The notes under the pieces: model-generated
What the model was told of the DNA's origin: nothing
The model's database searches: none
Seen by the model: only the letters and a program-made list of their open reading frames with translations
Assembly: GCA_031279835.1 (NCBI GenBank)
Contig: JAITHV010000011.1
Coordinates: 1 to 44,458 of the forward strand
Reading direction: 5' to 3'
Origin: Coriobacteriales bacterium
GTDB taxonomy: Bacteria; Actinomycetota; Coriobacteriia; Coriobacteriales; UBA8131
DNA length: 44,458 bases
Program-made: the position numbers and the translations under genes
Part shown: one piece after another, positions 1-9,954 of the stretch
Position numbering within the stretch: position 1 is the first letter of the stretch
Layout: the number at the start of each line of letters is the position of its first letter

Positions 1-971
1 ACCACCGTGTCGGCAGGGCGCTCGCGCACCGGGCGATACGTCATGCCTGCCTGGCAAAAGCGACAGCCCCGCGCGCAGCCGCGCAAGATCTCCACTGCGA
101 GGCGGTCATGGACGACTTCCATGTAGGGCACCAGTGGCAGCGTCGGCGGCGCGCTGCGCGAAAAATCGCGCATGAGGCGTTTGTCCACGCAAGCGGGCAC
201 GTCCGGTGCGGTCGGCAGGGGCGTCCCTCCGGGCACTGCCGCCTCGTAGTGCGACGGCACATACATGCCGCTGACAGCGCCGAGAAGGCCGAGTGTCTCT
301 GCGCGCGACGCGCCTTTGACCCGTGCCGCGCGCAGGGCGTCGACGATGTCTGCGACGGCGTCTTCTCCTTCGCCCAGGAGCAGCGCGTCAAAAAACGGCG
401 CGAGCGGCTCAGGGTTGAAGGCGCACGGGCCGCCGCCTATGACGAGGGGGTCGCCCTCGGCGCGCTCGGAGCTGCGCAAAGAAACCCCTGCAAGGTCGAG
501 CAACTCTAGTATGTTTGTGTATGAGAGTTCATGAGGAATCGTAATAGCTATGACGTCAAACGACGCGAGCGGCAAAAAGCTCTCGAGCGTGAACATCGGG
601 ATATCATGCTCGCGCATCAGCTTGATCATGTCGTACCAAGGGAGGCACGCGCGCTCGGCGCGCACTCCGGGCAGGGCACGCGCCTTGTCGTAAAGGATGG
701 CAATGGCCTGGTTTGACGCGCCTACCTCATAGGCGTCGGGATACACAAAGGCAACGGACACCGGCGCCACGTCATCGCCGCCGATCGCGCCTGGCACCGA
801 AGATGCCGCGTTGAGCTCTGAGCCGATGTAGCGGGCTGGCTTTTCGACCTGCAGGAGCAGCGGCTCAACGCGCTGCCAAAGCGACTCCTGAAGGGCCGGG
901 GCGCTCGGCCTTGGCTCGACACGCGCCCTTGCCCCCTGCTGGCCGCTGGCGTTTGCTGCGAAACCACTCAT
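1..971 (-). CDS. TIGR03960-family B12-binding radical SAM protein (5' part; runs off the left edge)
   Basis: Not in the ORF track because it is truncated. Manual translation from ATG 971 (ATGA overlap with the upstream stop) gives ...LLLQVEKPARYIGSELNA...FVYPDAYEVGASNQAIAILY...AERACLPWYDM...MFTLES...FDVIAITIPHELSYTNILELLDLAG, the typical N-terminus of this family, which commonly follows rodA. Confidence 0.88.
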   Translation of the reverse strand, partial: MSGFAANASGQQGARARVEPRPSAPALQESLWQRVEPLLLQVEKPARYIGSELNAASSVPGAIGGDDVAPVSVAFVYPDAYEVGASNQAIAILYDKARALPGVRAERACLPWYDMIKLMREHDIPMFTLESFLPLASFDVIAITIPHELSYTNILELLDLAGVSLRSSERAEGDPLVIGGGPCAFNPEPLAPFFDALLLGEGEDAVADIVDALRAARVKGASRAETLGLLGAVSGMYVPSHYEAAVPGGTPLPTAPDVPACVDKRLMRDFSRSAPPTLPLVPYMEVVHDRLAVEILRGCARGCRFCQAGMTYRPVRERPADTV

Positions 972-1912
972 GCGGCGCCGCCGTGGGGCACGATGCTGCA
1001 GCCAGCCTCGTCTGGCGCATCGTCTGTGCGCTGCTCGTAGTAGCGCAGCGCCAAGGCGCCGATGGCCGTCGTCGCGCCGAAGGCGACCACGACGCTCAAA
1101 GGCACGGTCACAACCGGCACGCGCGAGGTCACAAGGCGCACAAGCGCCCTGCATCCTAGTCCGCCGAGCACCACCGCGAAGGCCTCAGGCAGCCGGGCCG
1201 TCTTGAGCGGAAGGTCAAACAGCGCCGCTATCTGCACCACAAGTCGAATCTGGTTGAAGGTGAGCGGCGCAAGGTCGCTGCCCGGCAGGATGAAGGCAGC
1301 TGAGACCAGCGCGTTGGCAAGCGCGGCCTGGCGCGTGCACTCGTTAGCGACTGCCCTGCGCATGAACGGGTAGGCCTGGGCAAGCGGCGCGCGCAGGTCC
1401 GCGCTTTGGGCGGCGACCCAAACGGCAAGCTCCTCAAAGCACGCAGCGTAGACATCCTCGGCATCTGCCCCGCCTGCCTCAAGCTCGGGCACCGGGATGA
1501 CGTCTGACAACGACTGTGCCACCGAGTCCTCGTCGAGCTGCCGCGCCAAGGCAGCAGGCACTGTGGCAAACAGCGCAAGCGGTGTCTCGGCCTGGCGCAA
1601 TGCCGCCAGCAGCTCCCCCGTGCAGCTGCTCCGCGCGGCGATGACGATCGCAAGCGAGGGCCTGGCAGCTTTGTCATGCACGTTGAGCGTCACTGGCCCG
1701 TCGCCATACTGCGCGACCTCGACGTCTACTTTGTCGCTCACGGGGAAGAGCACCCGGCGCGCGTGGCGCACAAAGCCCGCGTCGGCGCCCTTGTCCACAC
1801 ACACGAGCAACCGCACCGTCGCTTTACGCTTGCCGGAATATCGAGAAGAGGCCGCGTTGAGCGCGCGCAGCCCGCTTTTTGCACGGGGTATGATCTCCAT
1901 CATGTTCGGCAT
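968..1912 (-). CDS. DUF697/YcjF-like membrane-associated hypothetical protein
   Basis: 314-aa ORF tightly coupled to rodA and the radical SAM gene. C-terminal ILPGSDLAPLTFNQIRLVVQIAALF...ATTAIG segment resembles DUF697. Confidence 0.7.
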   Translation of the reverse strand: MPNMMEIIPRAKSGLRALNAASSRYSGKRKATVRLLVCVDKGADAGFVRHARRVLFPVSDKVDVEVAQYGDGPVTLNVHDKAARPSLAIVIAARSSCTGELLAALRQAETPLALFATVPAALARQLDEDSVAQSLSDVIPVPELEAGGADAEDVYAACFEELAVWVAAQSADLRAPLAQAYPFMRRAVANECTRQAALANALVSAAFILPGSDLAPLTFNQIRLVVQIAALFDLPLKTARLPEAFAVVLGGLGCRALVRLVTSRVPVVTVPLSVVVAFGATTAIGALALRYYEQRTDDAPDEAGCSIVPHGGAA

Positions 1913-1915
1913 TGC

Positions 1916-3118
1916 TTAACCTCGCTTCTTGTTGGTGTCGCGGTGTGCCCAGACAGAGCATAGCAGGCCAACGACGGCAAAATTGACGATGAGAAATGAC
2001 GAGCCGTAGCTCACGAAGGGCAGGGGGATGCCGGTGATCGGCATGAGCCCACAGGTCATGCCGATGTTCTCGAACACTTGGAACACCCACATGCCCATGG
2101 CGCCAGAGACGATGAGGGTCCCGTAGAGGTTGTTTGCGGTGAACGCGATATGCAGCGCGACCGTCAGCAGGGCGACGTACATCCCGATCAGTGTGAGGCT
2201 GCCGAGAAAACCGAACTGCTCGGCGAGCGCGCAGAAAATGAAGTCGGTGGGCGCCTCCGGCAAAAAGCCCAGCCCCGACTGGGTGGCGTTGCCAAGCCCC
2301 TTGCCGAGCAGGCCACCCGACCCGATGGCTATCTTGGACTGGCGCAGGTTGTAGCTTATCCCCTGCGGATCGATGTTCTCGTTGAGAAAGACGAGAAGCC
2401 GGTTTTTTTGATAGTCCTTGATAAAGACGTCCCTGCCGATCCCCGCGTCCAAAACGCCGTCAAACCACAGGCAAAAAACGACGGCGACGATCACGACGAC
2501 GGCCGTGACGGCCAGCCAGCGCCGGTTTGCGCCGCCGGTGAACAAAACGACCATGCCGATAATGAAGAGCACCATGCCGGTTCCAAGATCGGGCTGGGCC
2601 ATTATGCATACTGTCGGAACAAGGAGGAGCCCGAGGACCTTCAGGTAGGCGCTTCCTGAGCGAATGGAGCCCCGATAACGTGCCACGAGTGCGGCGGCGT
2701 AGAGGATGAAGGCCACCTTGGCGAACTCAGCTGGCTGGAACTGCTGGCCGAAGACCGTGATCCAGCTGCGCGCGCCGTTGACGTCTGTGCCTATGACCGG
2801 CGCGAGCGGCGAGAGCGTGAGCACGACAATGACGACAAGCAGCGGGAACACGAGGTTGGACATCTTTCGGTAATCGACGCGCCACAGCACACACATGACC
2901 ACAAGCCCGGCGGCAGCGCCGCTGAGCTGTCGTGAGAAGCTGTACTTTGGCAGGCCAACGACCACCGAGTAGACGACGACCAGGCCGAAGGCCACGAGTA
3001 GGGCCGTGACCAGCAGAAGGGGCACATTGGTGACAGCCAATGCCCTCGAGGCAAGCGAGCGCGGGTTGACTCGGCGCTGCATGCGCGGGTCGTGCTTGAC
3101 TTTGGGCGCTACCGGCAC
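1916..3118 (-). CDS. rodA: Rod shape-determining SEDS peptidoglycan glycosyltransferase RodA
   Basis: Multi-TM protein with GARSWI, FQPAEFAK, QPDLGT, LPEAPTDFIF, GIPLPFVSYGSS motifs; directly downstream of pbp2. Confidence 0.93.
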   Translation of the reverse strand: MPVAPKVKHDPRMQRRVNPRSLASRALAVTNVPLLLVTALLVAFGLVVVYSVVVGLPKYSFSRQLSGAAAGLVVMCVLWRVDYRKMSNLVFPLLVVIVVLTLSPLAPVIGTDVNGARSWITVFGQQFQPAEFAKVAFILYAAALVARYRGSIRSGSAYLKVLGLLLVPTVCIMAQPDLGTGMVLFIIGMVVLFTGGANRRWLAVTAVVVIVAVVFCLWFDGVLDAGIGRDVFIKDYQKNRLLVFLNENIDPQGISYNLRQSKIAIGSGGLLGKGLGNATQSGLGFLPEAPTDFIFCALAEQFGFLGSLTLIGMYVALLTVALHIAFTANNLYGTLIVSGAMGMWVFQVFENIGMTCGLMPITGIPLPFVSYGSSFLIVNFAVVGLLCSVWAHRDTNKKRG

Positions 3119-3146
3119 GTCTTCCTCCCGTCAGTTGCTGCTAGCG

Positions 3147-5225
3147 TCATCGTTCTCCCGTGGCCTCGTAGGTCAAGATCTCTCCCACGTCAACGCCGTA
3201 GATGGCCGCAAAGGTGTGGAGCACGCCCGTGATGGCAGTAGACGAGCCGCCGCCGCCCTGCTCGACGATACAGGCGACGCTGTAGTGCGGGTCTGTCATC
3301 GGGCCGTAGGCGACGAACCAAGAGTACTCGCCTTTTCCGGCCACCTCGGCAGTGCCAGACTTCCCGGCGAGCTCGACCGGTATTGGCGCGAAGACGCCCT
3401 CGCGCATGATGACACGCCTGAGACCGTCGATGACGCGCTCGCGATGATGCGGCTCGTATACGGGCTGGATTGGCCCGGTTGCGGGAGCGTGCGCACGGAC
3501 GGTGTTGCCGTCCTTGTCAACCACCTTGTGAAACACATGGGGGACGAGCGCATGGCCGCGCGCAAGAGTAGCATAGGCGTTTGCTATCTGAAGGGGCGTC
3601 ACGAGCAGGTCGCCCTGCCCGATCACCATGTTCGCCATGTCGCCCGCCAGCCATCGGGCATCCTCGGGCGTGTCGGGAAAAGCGGCCTTCTTCCATGCGG
3701 CATCAGGGACCACGCCGGCAAACTCCCCCACGAGGTCGATGCCGCTTTGAGACCCAAAGCCCCATCCTCTGAGATACTCTTGGAACACGTCTTTTCTCTC
3801 GCTTGAAGGGGTGGCGTTCCAGATCTCCCAGAAGTCAGTGCCGGTGTTGTAGAAGAACACGTCGCAGCTGTGGTTTATGGCCTCCTCAAGGCCAAGCGTC
3901 CCATGCCCGTTGGGAAATATCCAGCAGCGCTTGCCCCACTCGTCTCCGTAACGGTTCCACCAGCCGTTGCAGTGGTGGCTCGTGTCGGGGCCGATGATGC
4001 CGTGGTGCAGCCCTGCCAGGCTGGTGAACGCCTTGAACGTGGACGCGGCAGGATACGCCCCCGAAATGACGCGGTTGTACAGCGGCCTGTTGGCGTCCTC
4101 GCTGTTGAGCTGGTCCCAGATGCCCTGCGTGATGCTCCCCGAGAGGTCGGCAGGATTGAACGTGGGATAACTCGACGATGCAAGAATGCCACCATCGGTT
4201 ATGTCTATGCAGACAAGCGCCCCTGCGTTCGCTTCCGGGTAGTCGCCCTCCTTCGCAGCGGCAATGGTCTGCGCGAGGATGCGGTCCGTCTCGCGCTGAA
4301 GCGGCATGTCGATGGTAAGGCAGACGTCAGAGCCGGTGGCGGACTCGCGCTCGCCCAAAAGCGCGAGGGGGTTTCCCGAGGAGTCCACCTGATAGCTGCG
4401 CGTCCCGCGTGTCCCCTGCAAGGCTCGCTCGAAGGCCAGCTCGGCGCCCATCTGCCCTTTGCTGTCGCCGTTCTCGTACTGGATCGCGCTCGGGTCCATC
4501 ATGGCCGCGTCCATGTCGGCCTGGCTGACGGAGCCGGTGTATCCGAGCACATGCGCCCCGAGCGAGCCATAGGGATAATGGCGCATCGTGCGCGTCTCCA
4601 CGTTAATGCCCCGGAACAACAGGGGGTGCTCGGTGATGTAGGCGACCACTCGGTAGGGGACGTCGGCCGCAATCACATGGTCGGACTGCGCCCCCGTCGT
4701 GTCGTCCAGCAGGTTGCGCCTCACGATGCCCTTGGGGATGCCGCAGGCAAGAGAGAGCCGGTGCACGAGCCCACGGTCCTCTGCGAGCGCACGCTTGCCC
4801 GAGAGCACAGAGGTCGGCCGGTTGGTAACGAGCACCACGCCGTTGCGGTCGAGGATGCGCCCGCGCATGGCAGGCACAGAGACCTCGGTGGTCATGTTGT
4901 CGGTGGCGCGGGCGGTGTACTCTTCGCCAGAGAGCACCTGAAGCGCCCAGAGCCTCACGGCAAGCGTGCCGAACACAGCTGCGACTAGAACGCCGAAAGC
5001 GTAGAACCGCCCTTTTGTCTCGAGCCCCTTTTGCTTGCCTGACAGCTCGCGGCGCGTGAAGCGCTCCTCGTCTTTGACGAGCTGTGCGTCGGCGCGCTCG
5101 AAGCTCGGCGTAACCGCCTGTTCTTTTGAGCGGCGCTGTGAGCGCCAGTACACGACGGCCAGTATGCCGGCGACAATCAGCGCCGCGCCGATCCCGGCGG
5201 CCAGGGCAAACCCATACCCGCCCAT
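3147..5225 (-). CDS. mrdA: Penicillin-binding protein 2 (class B transpeptidase)
   Basis: RGRILDRNG dimerisation-domain motif; SxxK (STFK), SxD (SCD) and KSG motifs. Start moved to ATG 5225, just after the mreD stop. Confidence 0.93.
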   Translation of the reverse strand: MGGYGFALAAGIGAALIVAGILAVVYWRSQRRSKEQAVTPSFERADAQLVKDEERFTRRELSGKQKGLETKGRFYAFGVLVAAVFGTLAVRLWALQVLSGEEYTARATDNMTTEVSVPAMRGRILDRNGVVLVTNRPTSVLSGKRALAEDRGLVHRLSLACGIPKGIVRRNLLDDTTGAQSDHVIAADVPYRVVAYITEHPLLFRGINVETRTMRHYPYGSLGAHVLGYTGSVSQADMDAAMMDPSAIQYENGDSKGQMGAELAFERALQGTRGTRSYQVDSSGNPLALLGERESATGSDVCLTIDMPLQRETDRILAQTIAAAKEGDYPEANAGALVCIDITDGGILASSSYPTFNPADLSGSITQGIWDQLNSEDANRPLYNRVISGAYPAASTFKAFTSLAGLHHGIIGPDTSHHCNGWWNRYGDEWGKRCWIFPNGHGTLGLEEAINHSCDVFFYNTGTDFWEIWNATPSSERKDVFQEYLRGWGFGSQSGIDLVGEFAGVVPDAAWKKAAFPDTPEDARWLAGDMANMVIGQGDLLVTPLQIANAYATLARGHALVPHVFHKVVDKDGNTVRAHAPATGPIQPVYEPHHRERVIDGLRRVIMREGVFAPIPVELAGKSGTAEVAGKGEYSWFVAYGPMTDPHYSVACIVEQGGGGSSTAITGVLHTFAAIYGVDVGEILTYEATGER

Positions 5226-5226
5226 G

Positions 5227-5880
5227 TCAGTCAAACTTCCTTTTGCGCAGGCGCCTGCTCGACGCGCGCGGCATTCGGCGGCTGCTGGGTCCCGTTGTGC
5301 TGAGGCGTCGGTGCGATCCCATGCGCAGCCGTGGGCCAGCCGGCGCACCAGACCGGTAGTCCATCTGAAGGCCCGACCTGCCTGATCCCTTGCGGGAGCC
5401 CAAGGCATTGAGCACGAGAAGCGCCACGAGCCCGATCAACGCATCAAAGGCCACGCCAGGAAGCGCCACAAAAACAAGCGAGTGGAGCACGTCGGCGCTG
5501 TAGCCAATGATGCCAAGGACCAGCGCATGGAGCATTTCGCCAAACAAGGCGGCCAGCACAACGGCTGCCATCTTCGCGAGCAGGCTTTCAGAGAAGCTGC
5601 CTTTGGTGACGGTACTCAAGGCATAGCCGATGATGCACGAGACGAGCGCCATGACGCCGAGCGGCCCGCCGGAGGCTAGGTCATAGAGCATTCCGACGAC
5701 GAAGCCAAACACGCACGCACGCAGCGCGCTGTGGCTGAGCGCCGTCAGGGCAGTCGCGACAATCATGAGGTTAGGCACCACGCCTGCGATGGCGCAATTG
5801 GGGGCAAGGGCTACTTGGGCCACAAAGGCAGCGAGCCCGCCCAGGAACACATAACGCACCGATGGCGAGGCAGTCTCCAT
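5227..5880 (-). CDS. mreD: Rod shape-determining protein MreD
   Basis: Hydrophobic ~5-TM protein (PNL...GFVVGMLYDL...PLG) between mreC and pbp2, with a basic C-terminal tail. Confidence 0.88.
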   Translation of the reverse strand: METASPSVRYVFLGGLAAFVAQVALAPNCAIAGVVPNLMIVATALTALSHSALRACVFGFVVGMLYDLASGGPLGVMALVSCIIGYALSTVTKGSFSESLLAKMAAVVLAALFGEMLHALVLGIIGYSADVLHSLVFVALPGVAFDALIGLVALLVLNALGSRKGSGRSGLQMDYRSGAPAGPRLRMGSHRRLSTTGPSSRRMPRASSRRLRKRKFD

Positions 5881-6870
5881 CTAGCCAGCCTGCCCCTCTA
5901 AAGGCTCCTGCCCTGGCTCCTGCCCTGGCTCTTGGCCGGTCTCGTGCCCCGCCGCCTGTTCCTGCGCCTGTGCGCCGGCGCCAGATCCGCCCCCCACTCC
6001 GGCCGCTCCCTGGTCTTGAGGGTTCCAGACCACTTCGCTGGCTCGACCGACAATCACCAAAACCTCCTCGTAGGCATCCACCTGCCGCACAGGTTTCACC
6101 ACTATGTCTAAATACACGTCTGCAGGGTTCTCGGTCACGCTTATTACTTCTCCGAGAATAATTCCCTTGGGATACACGCCGCCCGCGCCCGACGTTATCA
6201 CTACGTCGCCTGCCACGACGCCGGACGACTGTGGAACGCGCTCAAGATACAGCAGCCCGTCGGGCGAGCCGACCAGAATGCCTTCGGACCGATTGGCCTG
6301 AAGAAACACGGCGACCCCAGAGCGAGGGTCGGTGACAAGCCGCACGACCGAGGAGAACAGCCCTACTGCCTCGATCTGCCCCACGAGCCCGTTAGCGCTC
6401 ATAACCGGCATGCCGACGGACAATCCGTCAACGGTCCCACGATCTATCGTGATAGTCCGGTTGTATGAGTCTGAGGTGCGGCTGATAATGCGCGCGCCAA
6501 GGCCGGGGAGCGCGTAGGCGTCAGCGATGCGCAACAGCTTCGAGAGCCGCTCGTTTTCGAGCCGGTACTCTTCAAGCCGCATGACGAGCCCAGCCAGATC
6601 CTCGTTTTGTGCGCGCAACGACGCCACGGTGTCGGGGCTTGTCGTCAGGTCCTCCACTGCCGCGTCCGCCGCGCGCAGGGGCGAAAAGGCAACTGCCCCA
6701 GCTTGCTGGAGAGGGGCGGTGAGCAGCATCGAGGCGGACCTGACCGCATGCAGCGGCCCTGTAGCGCCTTCACGCAGCCATACCGTCATCAAAGCGACAG
6801 AGAGCAGGCACAGGAAAACCGTAACCACCCCCGCCGAAACCTGTCTCGGTCTTTGGGGCAACAGCGCCAT
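5881..6870 (-). CDS. mreC: Rod shape-determining protein MreC
   Basis: N-terminal TM, coiled coil (ENERLSKLL), IDRG..DG...GMPV...GLVG and GDVVITSG.GGVYPKG motifs. Confidence 0.93.
   Translation of the reverse strand: MALLPQRPRQVSAGVVTVFLCLLSVALMTVWLREGATGPLHAVRSASMLLTAPLQQAGAVAFSPLRAADAAVEDLTTSPDTVASLRAQNEDLAGLVMRLEEYRLENERLSKLLRIADAYALPGLGARIISRTSDSYNRTITIDRGTVDGLSVGMPVMSANGLVGQIEAVGLFSSVVRLVTDPRSGVAVFLQANRSEGILVGSPDGLLYLERVPQSSGVVAGDVVITSGAGGVYPKGIILGEVISVTENPADVYLDIVVKPVRQVDAYEEVLVIVGRASEVVWNPQDQGAAGVGGGSGAGAQAQEQAAGHETGQEPGQEPGQEPLEGQAG
5903..5938. repeat. 12-bp tandem repeat x3 (QEPG) in the MreC C-terminal tail
   Basis: ggctcctgccct x2 followed by the degenerate copy ggctcttggccg. Confidence 0.7.
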
Positions 6871-6892
6871 GTTTTAGAGGCGACCTTTCTTT

Positions 6893-7933
6893 CTATCGCT
6901 GCGTATAGGAGCGCTGGAGGGCGTTGGGGTTTTCGAGCGCCATCGCACACCCGATGACGACGTTGGTGAACGCGGTCTCAGAGACATAGACGGGCACCTC
7001 AAGCTCGCGCGTCAAGAACACGTCGAGCATCTTGAGCAGCCCGCCGCCGCCGGTCAACAGGATGCCGTTGGTGATGATGTCGGCGGCCAGGTCAGGGTCA
7101 GTCTCGAGGAACGTCTCCTTGATTGCGATAAGGATGTCTTGAAGCGGGGCCTTTATCCCCTCGCGCACGTCTTCGGACTGGATGAGCTCGCTGCGCGGCA
7201 AATTGGTGGCCAGGTCGCGCCCCGAGATCTCCATGTCCAGCTCGCCCGAGCTGATGGGCATAGCAGAGCCGATCGCTATCTTGATGTCCTCTGCCGTGCG
7301 CACGCCGATGTTGAGCCCATAGACCTCGCGCACGTGACGCGCCACTGCCTCGTCGAACTCGTTGCCGGCAATGCGCAGCGAGCGCGAGGTGACGATGCCG
7401 CCGAGCGATATTACCGCGATCTCAGTCGTGCCGCCGCCGATGTCAACGACCATGGAGCCGGTCGGCTCCTCTACGGGCAGCCCGGCGCCGATGGCTGCCG
7501 CCATGGGCTCCTCGATCAGGAAGGCCTGGCGGGCGCCGGCTTGTATAGTCGCCTCAAAGACAGCCCGCTTTTCGACCGAGGTCACACCGCACGGAATACA
7601 GATGACAATACGCGGCTTTGGCTGCCAGAGGCGGGTCTTGGGGTTAGCCTTGTTGATAAAATACGACAGCATCGCCTCAGTAACGTCGTAGTCTGCGATC
7701 ACGCCGTCTGCCAACGGGCGCTCGACCGATATGTTCCCGGGGTTGCGCCCGATCATCTCGCGCGCCTCAGTGCCAACGGAGATGACGCGGTTGACCTCGT
7801 TGTCGATGGCGACGACAGACGGCTCGTTTAAGACGATGCCCTCGCCGGCAATGGCGACAAGGGTATTGGCGGTCCCCAGGTCGATCGCCATGTCACAGCT
7901 CCATTGGCTGAATAGATTGTCGAGGATCGACAT
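6893..7933 (-). CDS. mreB: Actin-like rod shape-determining protein MreB
   Basis: IDLGTANT, EEPMAAAIGAG, VDIGGGTTE, LTGGGGLL motifs. Start set at ATG 7933 (MSILDNLF). Confidence 0.96.
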   Translation of the reverse strand: MSILDNLFSQWSCDMAIDLGTANTLVAIAGEGIVLNEPSVVAIDNEVNRVISVGTEAREMIGRNPGNISVERPLADGVIADYDVTEAMLSYFINKANPKTRLWQPKPRIVICIPCGVTSVEKRAVFEATIQAGARQAFLIEEPMAAAIGAGLPVEEPTGSMVVDIGGGTTEIAVISLGGIVTSRSLRIAGNEFDEAVARHVREVYGLNIGVRTAEDIKIAIGSAMPISSGELDMEISGRDLATNLPRSELIQSEDVREGIKAPLQDILIAIKETFLETDPDLAADIITNGILLTGGGGLLKMLDVFLTRELEVPVYVSETAFTNVVIGCAMALENPNALQRSYTQR

Positions 7934-8107
7934 TGTCGCGCAAACTCCTTTGTCCTTTGTCAGTATAGTGCTCTCGCCCGCAGCAGCGGCGCACCATCGT
8001 GCGCCCAAGCGTGCTGTCGCGAATTAGCCAAACGATAATTCTACCATAGAGCCGCATTTTGCCTGCGCAGGCTGCCAGCACGCATGGCGTTGCTGCTCGC
8101 CTCAGCC

Positions 8108-8512
8108 TTACGCAGGGAAGAAGACCTTGATCTCGCGCTCTGCCGAGGCCAAGGAGTCAGACCCGTGGATGACGTTTCGGTCGAGGGTCAGGCTGAAGTC
8201 TCCCCGTATGGTGCCTGGCGCTGCCTCCAGGGGGTCGGTCGCGCCCATGAGCTTGCGGGTGACTGCGACGGCACCCTCCCCGCCGAGCACCATCTTGACC
8301 ACCGGCCCCGAGGTAATGTGTGCGACAAGTTCCTCGTAAAACGGCTTTTCAGCATGCTCGACATAGTTTTCCCTTGCCTGCTCTTTGGTCACGCAGGCAA
8401 GCTCAAGCCGTTCGATCACGAGGCCAACACGCTCCAGGCGCGCAAGTATCTCGCCGACAAGTCCGCCGGCCACCGCCTCTGGCTTAAGCATGCAATAGGT
8501 TCTTTCGTACAT
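8108..8512 (-). CDS. ndk: Nucleoside diphosphate kinase
   Basis: ERTYCMLKPEAV...PGTIRGDF...NVIHGSDS. ATG 8512 is preceded by GAAAGG. Confidence 0.96.
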   Translation of the reverse strand: MYERTYCMLKPEAVAGGLVGEILARLERVGLVIERLELACVTKEQARENYVEHAEKPFYEELVAHITSGPVVKMVLGGEGAVAVTRKLMGATDPLEAAPGTIRGDFSLTLDRNVIHGSDSLASAEREIKVFFPA

Positions 8513-8575
8513 AGATGTTGCCTTTCTTGCTCGTAACACTGACGCGCCTTGATGGGCAGAAAACGTCCAATGAGG

Positions 8576-9937
8576 TCATGTCACCTGTTGAGAGGCGAAT
8601 ATCATCTCTAGGCCGCTGATCTTCCAGCCAATGAACGAGCGCTCGAGGGATATCCGGTAGTTGAGGCTCCCGCCTCCGGAGAGATGGGCGACCACCTGCG
8701 CCTCAGACTTGTTCATCTGAGCGTCGAGATAGCTTATCTCTATCGTGTCAGTCGGGGCCACCAGGTCCATGATGTGGTCCACGGCGGCCTTCTCTTCGTC
8801 AGTCTGCGCGGTCCAGTACTGCGAGACGTCCTTGCCCGCTGCATGGTCGGCGAACAGGCTGCCGATGACGGCCTGTTGCGAAGGGAAGCCAAATCCCTGA
8901 GTGTAGGCGAACACGCCGGTGCCGAGCAGGAGCACGAGGATCACGACCACAGCGAGCAGCACCTTGAGCCCCACATGGCGCAGCTTGCGCTCGCGCCGGA
9001 TCTGGGACTTGCTCATGGCGATAAGGTCTGCGTCAGTGACCGAGAAGAAGTCGGTGTTGTTGGCAAGCGGGACGTTGCCCGCTCCGTAGCCCTCCTCGCT
9101 CTCGGCCAAGGCGGCGATGGGGTCGTCGGGGTCAAAGGGGGCAGCCCGGCGCTGGCCTGTCAAGGCCTCTGGGGCAACTGCGTCCATGCCTTCTACTGCC
9201 TTGGCCGACGAGGTGTCGTCGCTCAGAGCGTCCATGGAGCGCTGATAGTCGGCAAGCGCCTCGTCAGAGAGCGCGTAGCGGCCTTCAGAGACCGCAGCGG
9301 TGAAGGCGTCAAGCGCTTCTTGATACCTGCCTACAGCGGCAAGCGACTGCCCGAGGCTCTCATACGCCTTTGAGCGCGTCACGCCCGTGGGCTCGAACTC
9401 GAAGACCGCCTGGTACGCCTCGATGGCGTCCTGTGGCCGCCCAAGCGCGACAAAGCACACGCCGAGCTGCATGAGCGCCTTGACGGGGTTCGGGTTGCCC
9501 TCGTCGAGAGCGGCGTTGCGATAGGCCGTGCCGGCATCGATGATCATCCCAAGGCGTGAATAAGCCGTGCCGAGTCCCATCTGGGCCTGGTATGGCTTGG
9601 AGTAGCTAGGGTCGGCGAGCGCGGAGTTGAAACTCGTGATCGCGCGCTCGTACTCGCCCAGGCCGATGAGCGACTTGCCAAGGTTCACATGGACCGCGGC
9701 CTTTTCGAGGTGGTCCGGGTCGTCCAATGCCTTGGCGTAGGTAGCGCTCGCCTCCTGGAAGTTGCGCATCTTCAACAGGCAGTTGCCGAGGCGGTAGTAC
9801 AACAAGCCGGCGTCTCCTGGCTCAAAGCTGTCGCTGTCTTCCTTTAAGCAGGCGTAAAACCCCTTGAGCGCCTCTACGTAGTCACCCTTCTCATACGACT
9901 GGCGCGCCCGCTCGAAATGTGTGCTGTTCAAGCCCAA
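8576..9937 (-). CDS. Tetratricopeptide-repeat membrane protein
   Basis: About six TPR-like repeats (e.g. YYRLGNCLLKMRNFQEA, HVNLGKSLIGLGEYERA), then one TM helix and a small C-terminal domain ending GWKI. Confidence 0.85.
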   Translation of the reverse strand: MGLNSTHFERARQSYEKGDYVEALKGFYACLKEDSDSFEPGDAGLLYYRLGNCLLKMRNFQEASATYAKALDDPDHLEKAAVHVNLGKSLIGLGEYERAITSFNSALADPSYSKPYQAQMGLGTAYSRLGMIIDAGTAYRNAALDEGNPNPVKALMQLGVCFVALGRPQDAIEAYQAVFEFEPTGVTRSKAYESLGQSLAAVGRYQEALDAFTAAVSEGRYALSDEALADYQRSMDALSDDTSSAKAVEGMDAVAPEALTGQRRAAPFDPDDPIAALAESEEGYGAGNVPLANNTDFFSVTDADLIAMSKSQIRRERKLRHVGLKVLLAVVVILVLLLGTGVFAYTQGFGFPSQQAVIGSLFADHAAGKDVSQYWTAQTDEEKAAVDHIMDLVAPTDTIEISYLDAQMNKSEAQVVAHLSGGGSLNYRISLERSFIGWKISGLEMIFASQQVT

Positions 9938-9954
9938 CCTCTTCTCATGAACTG

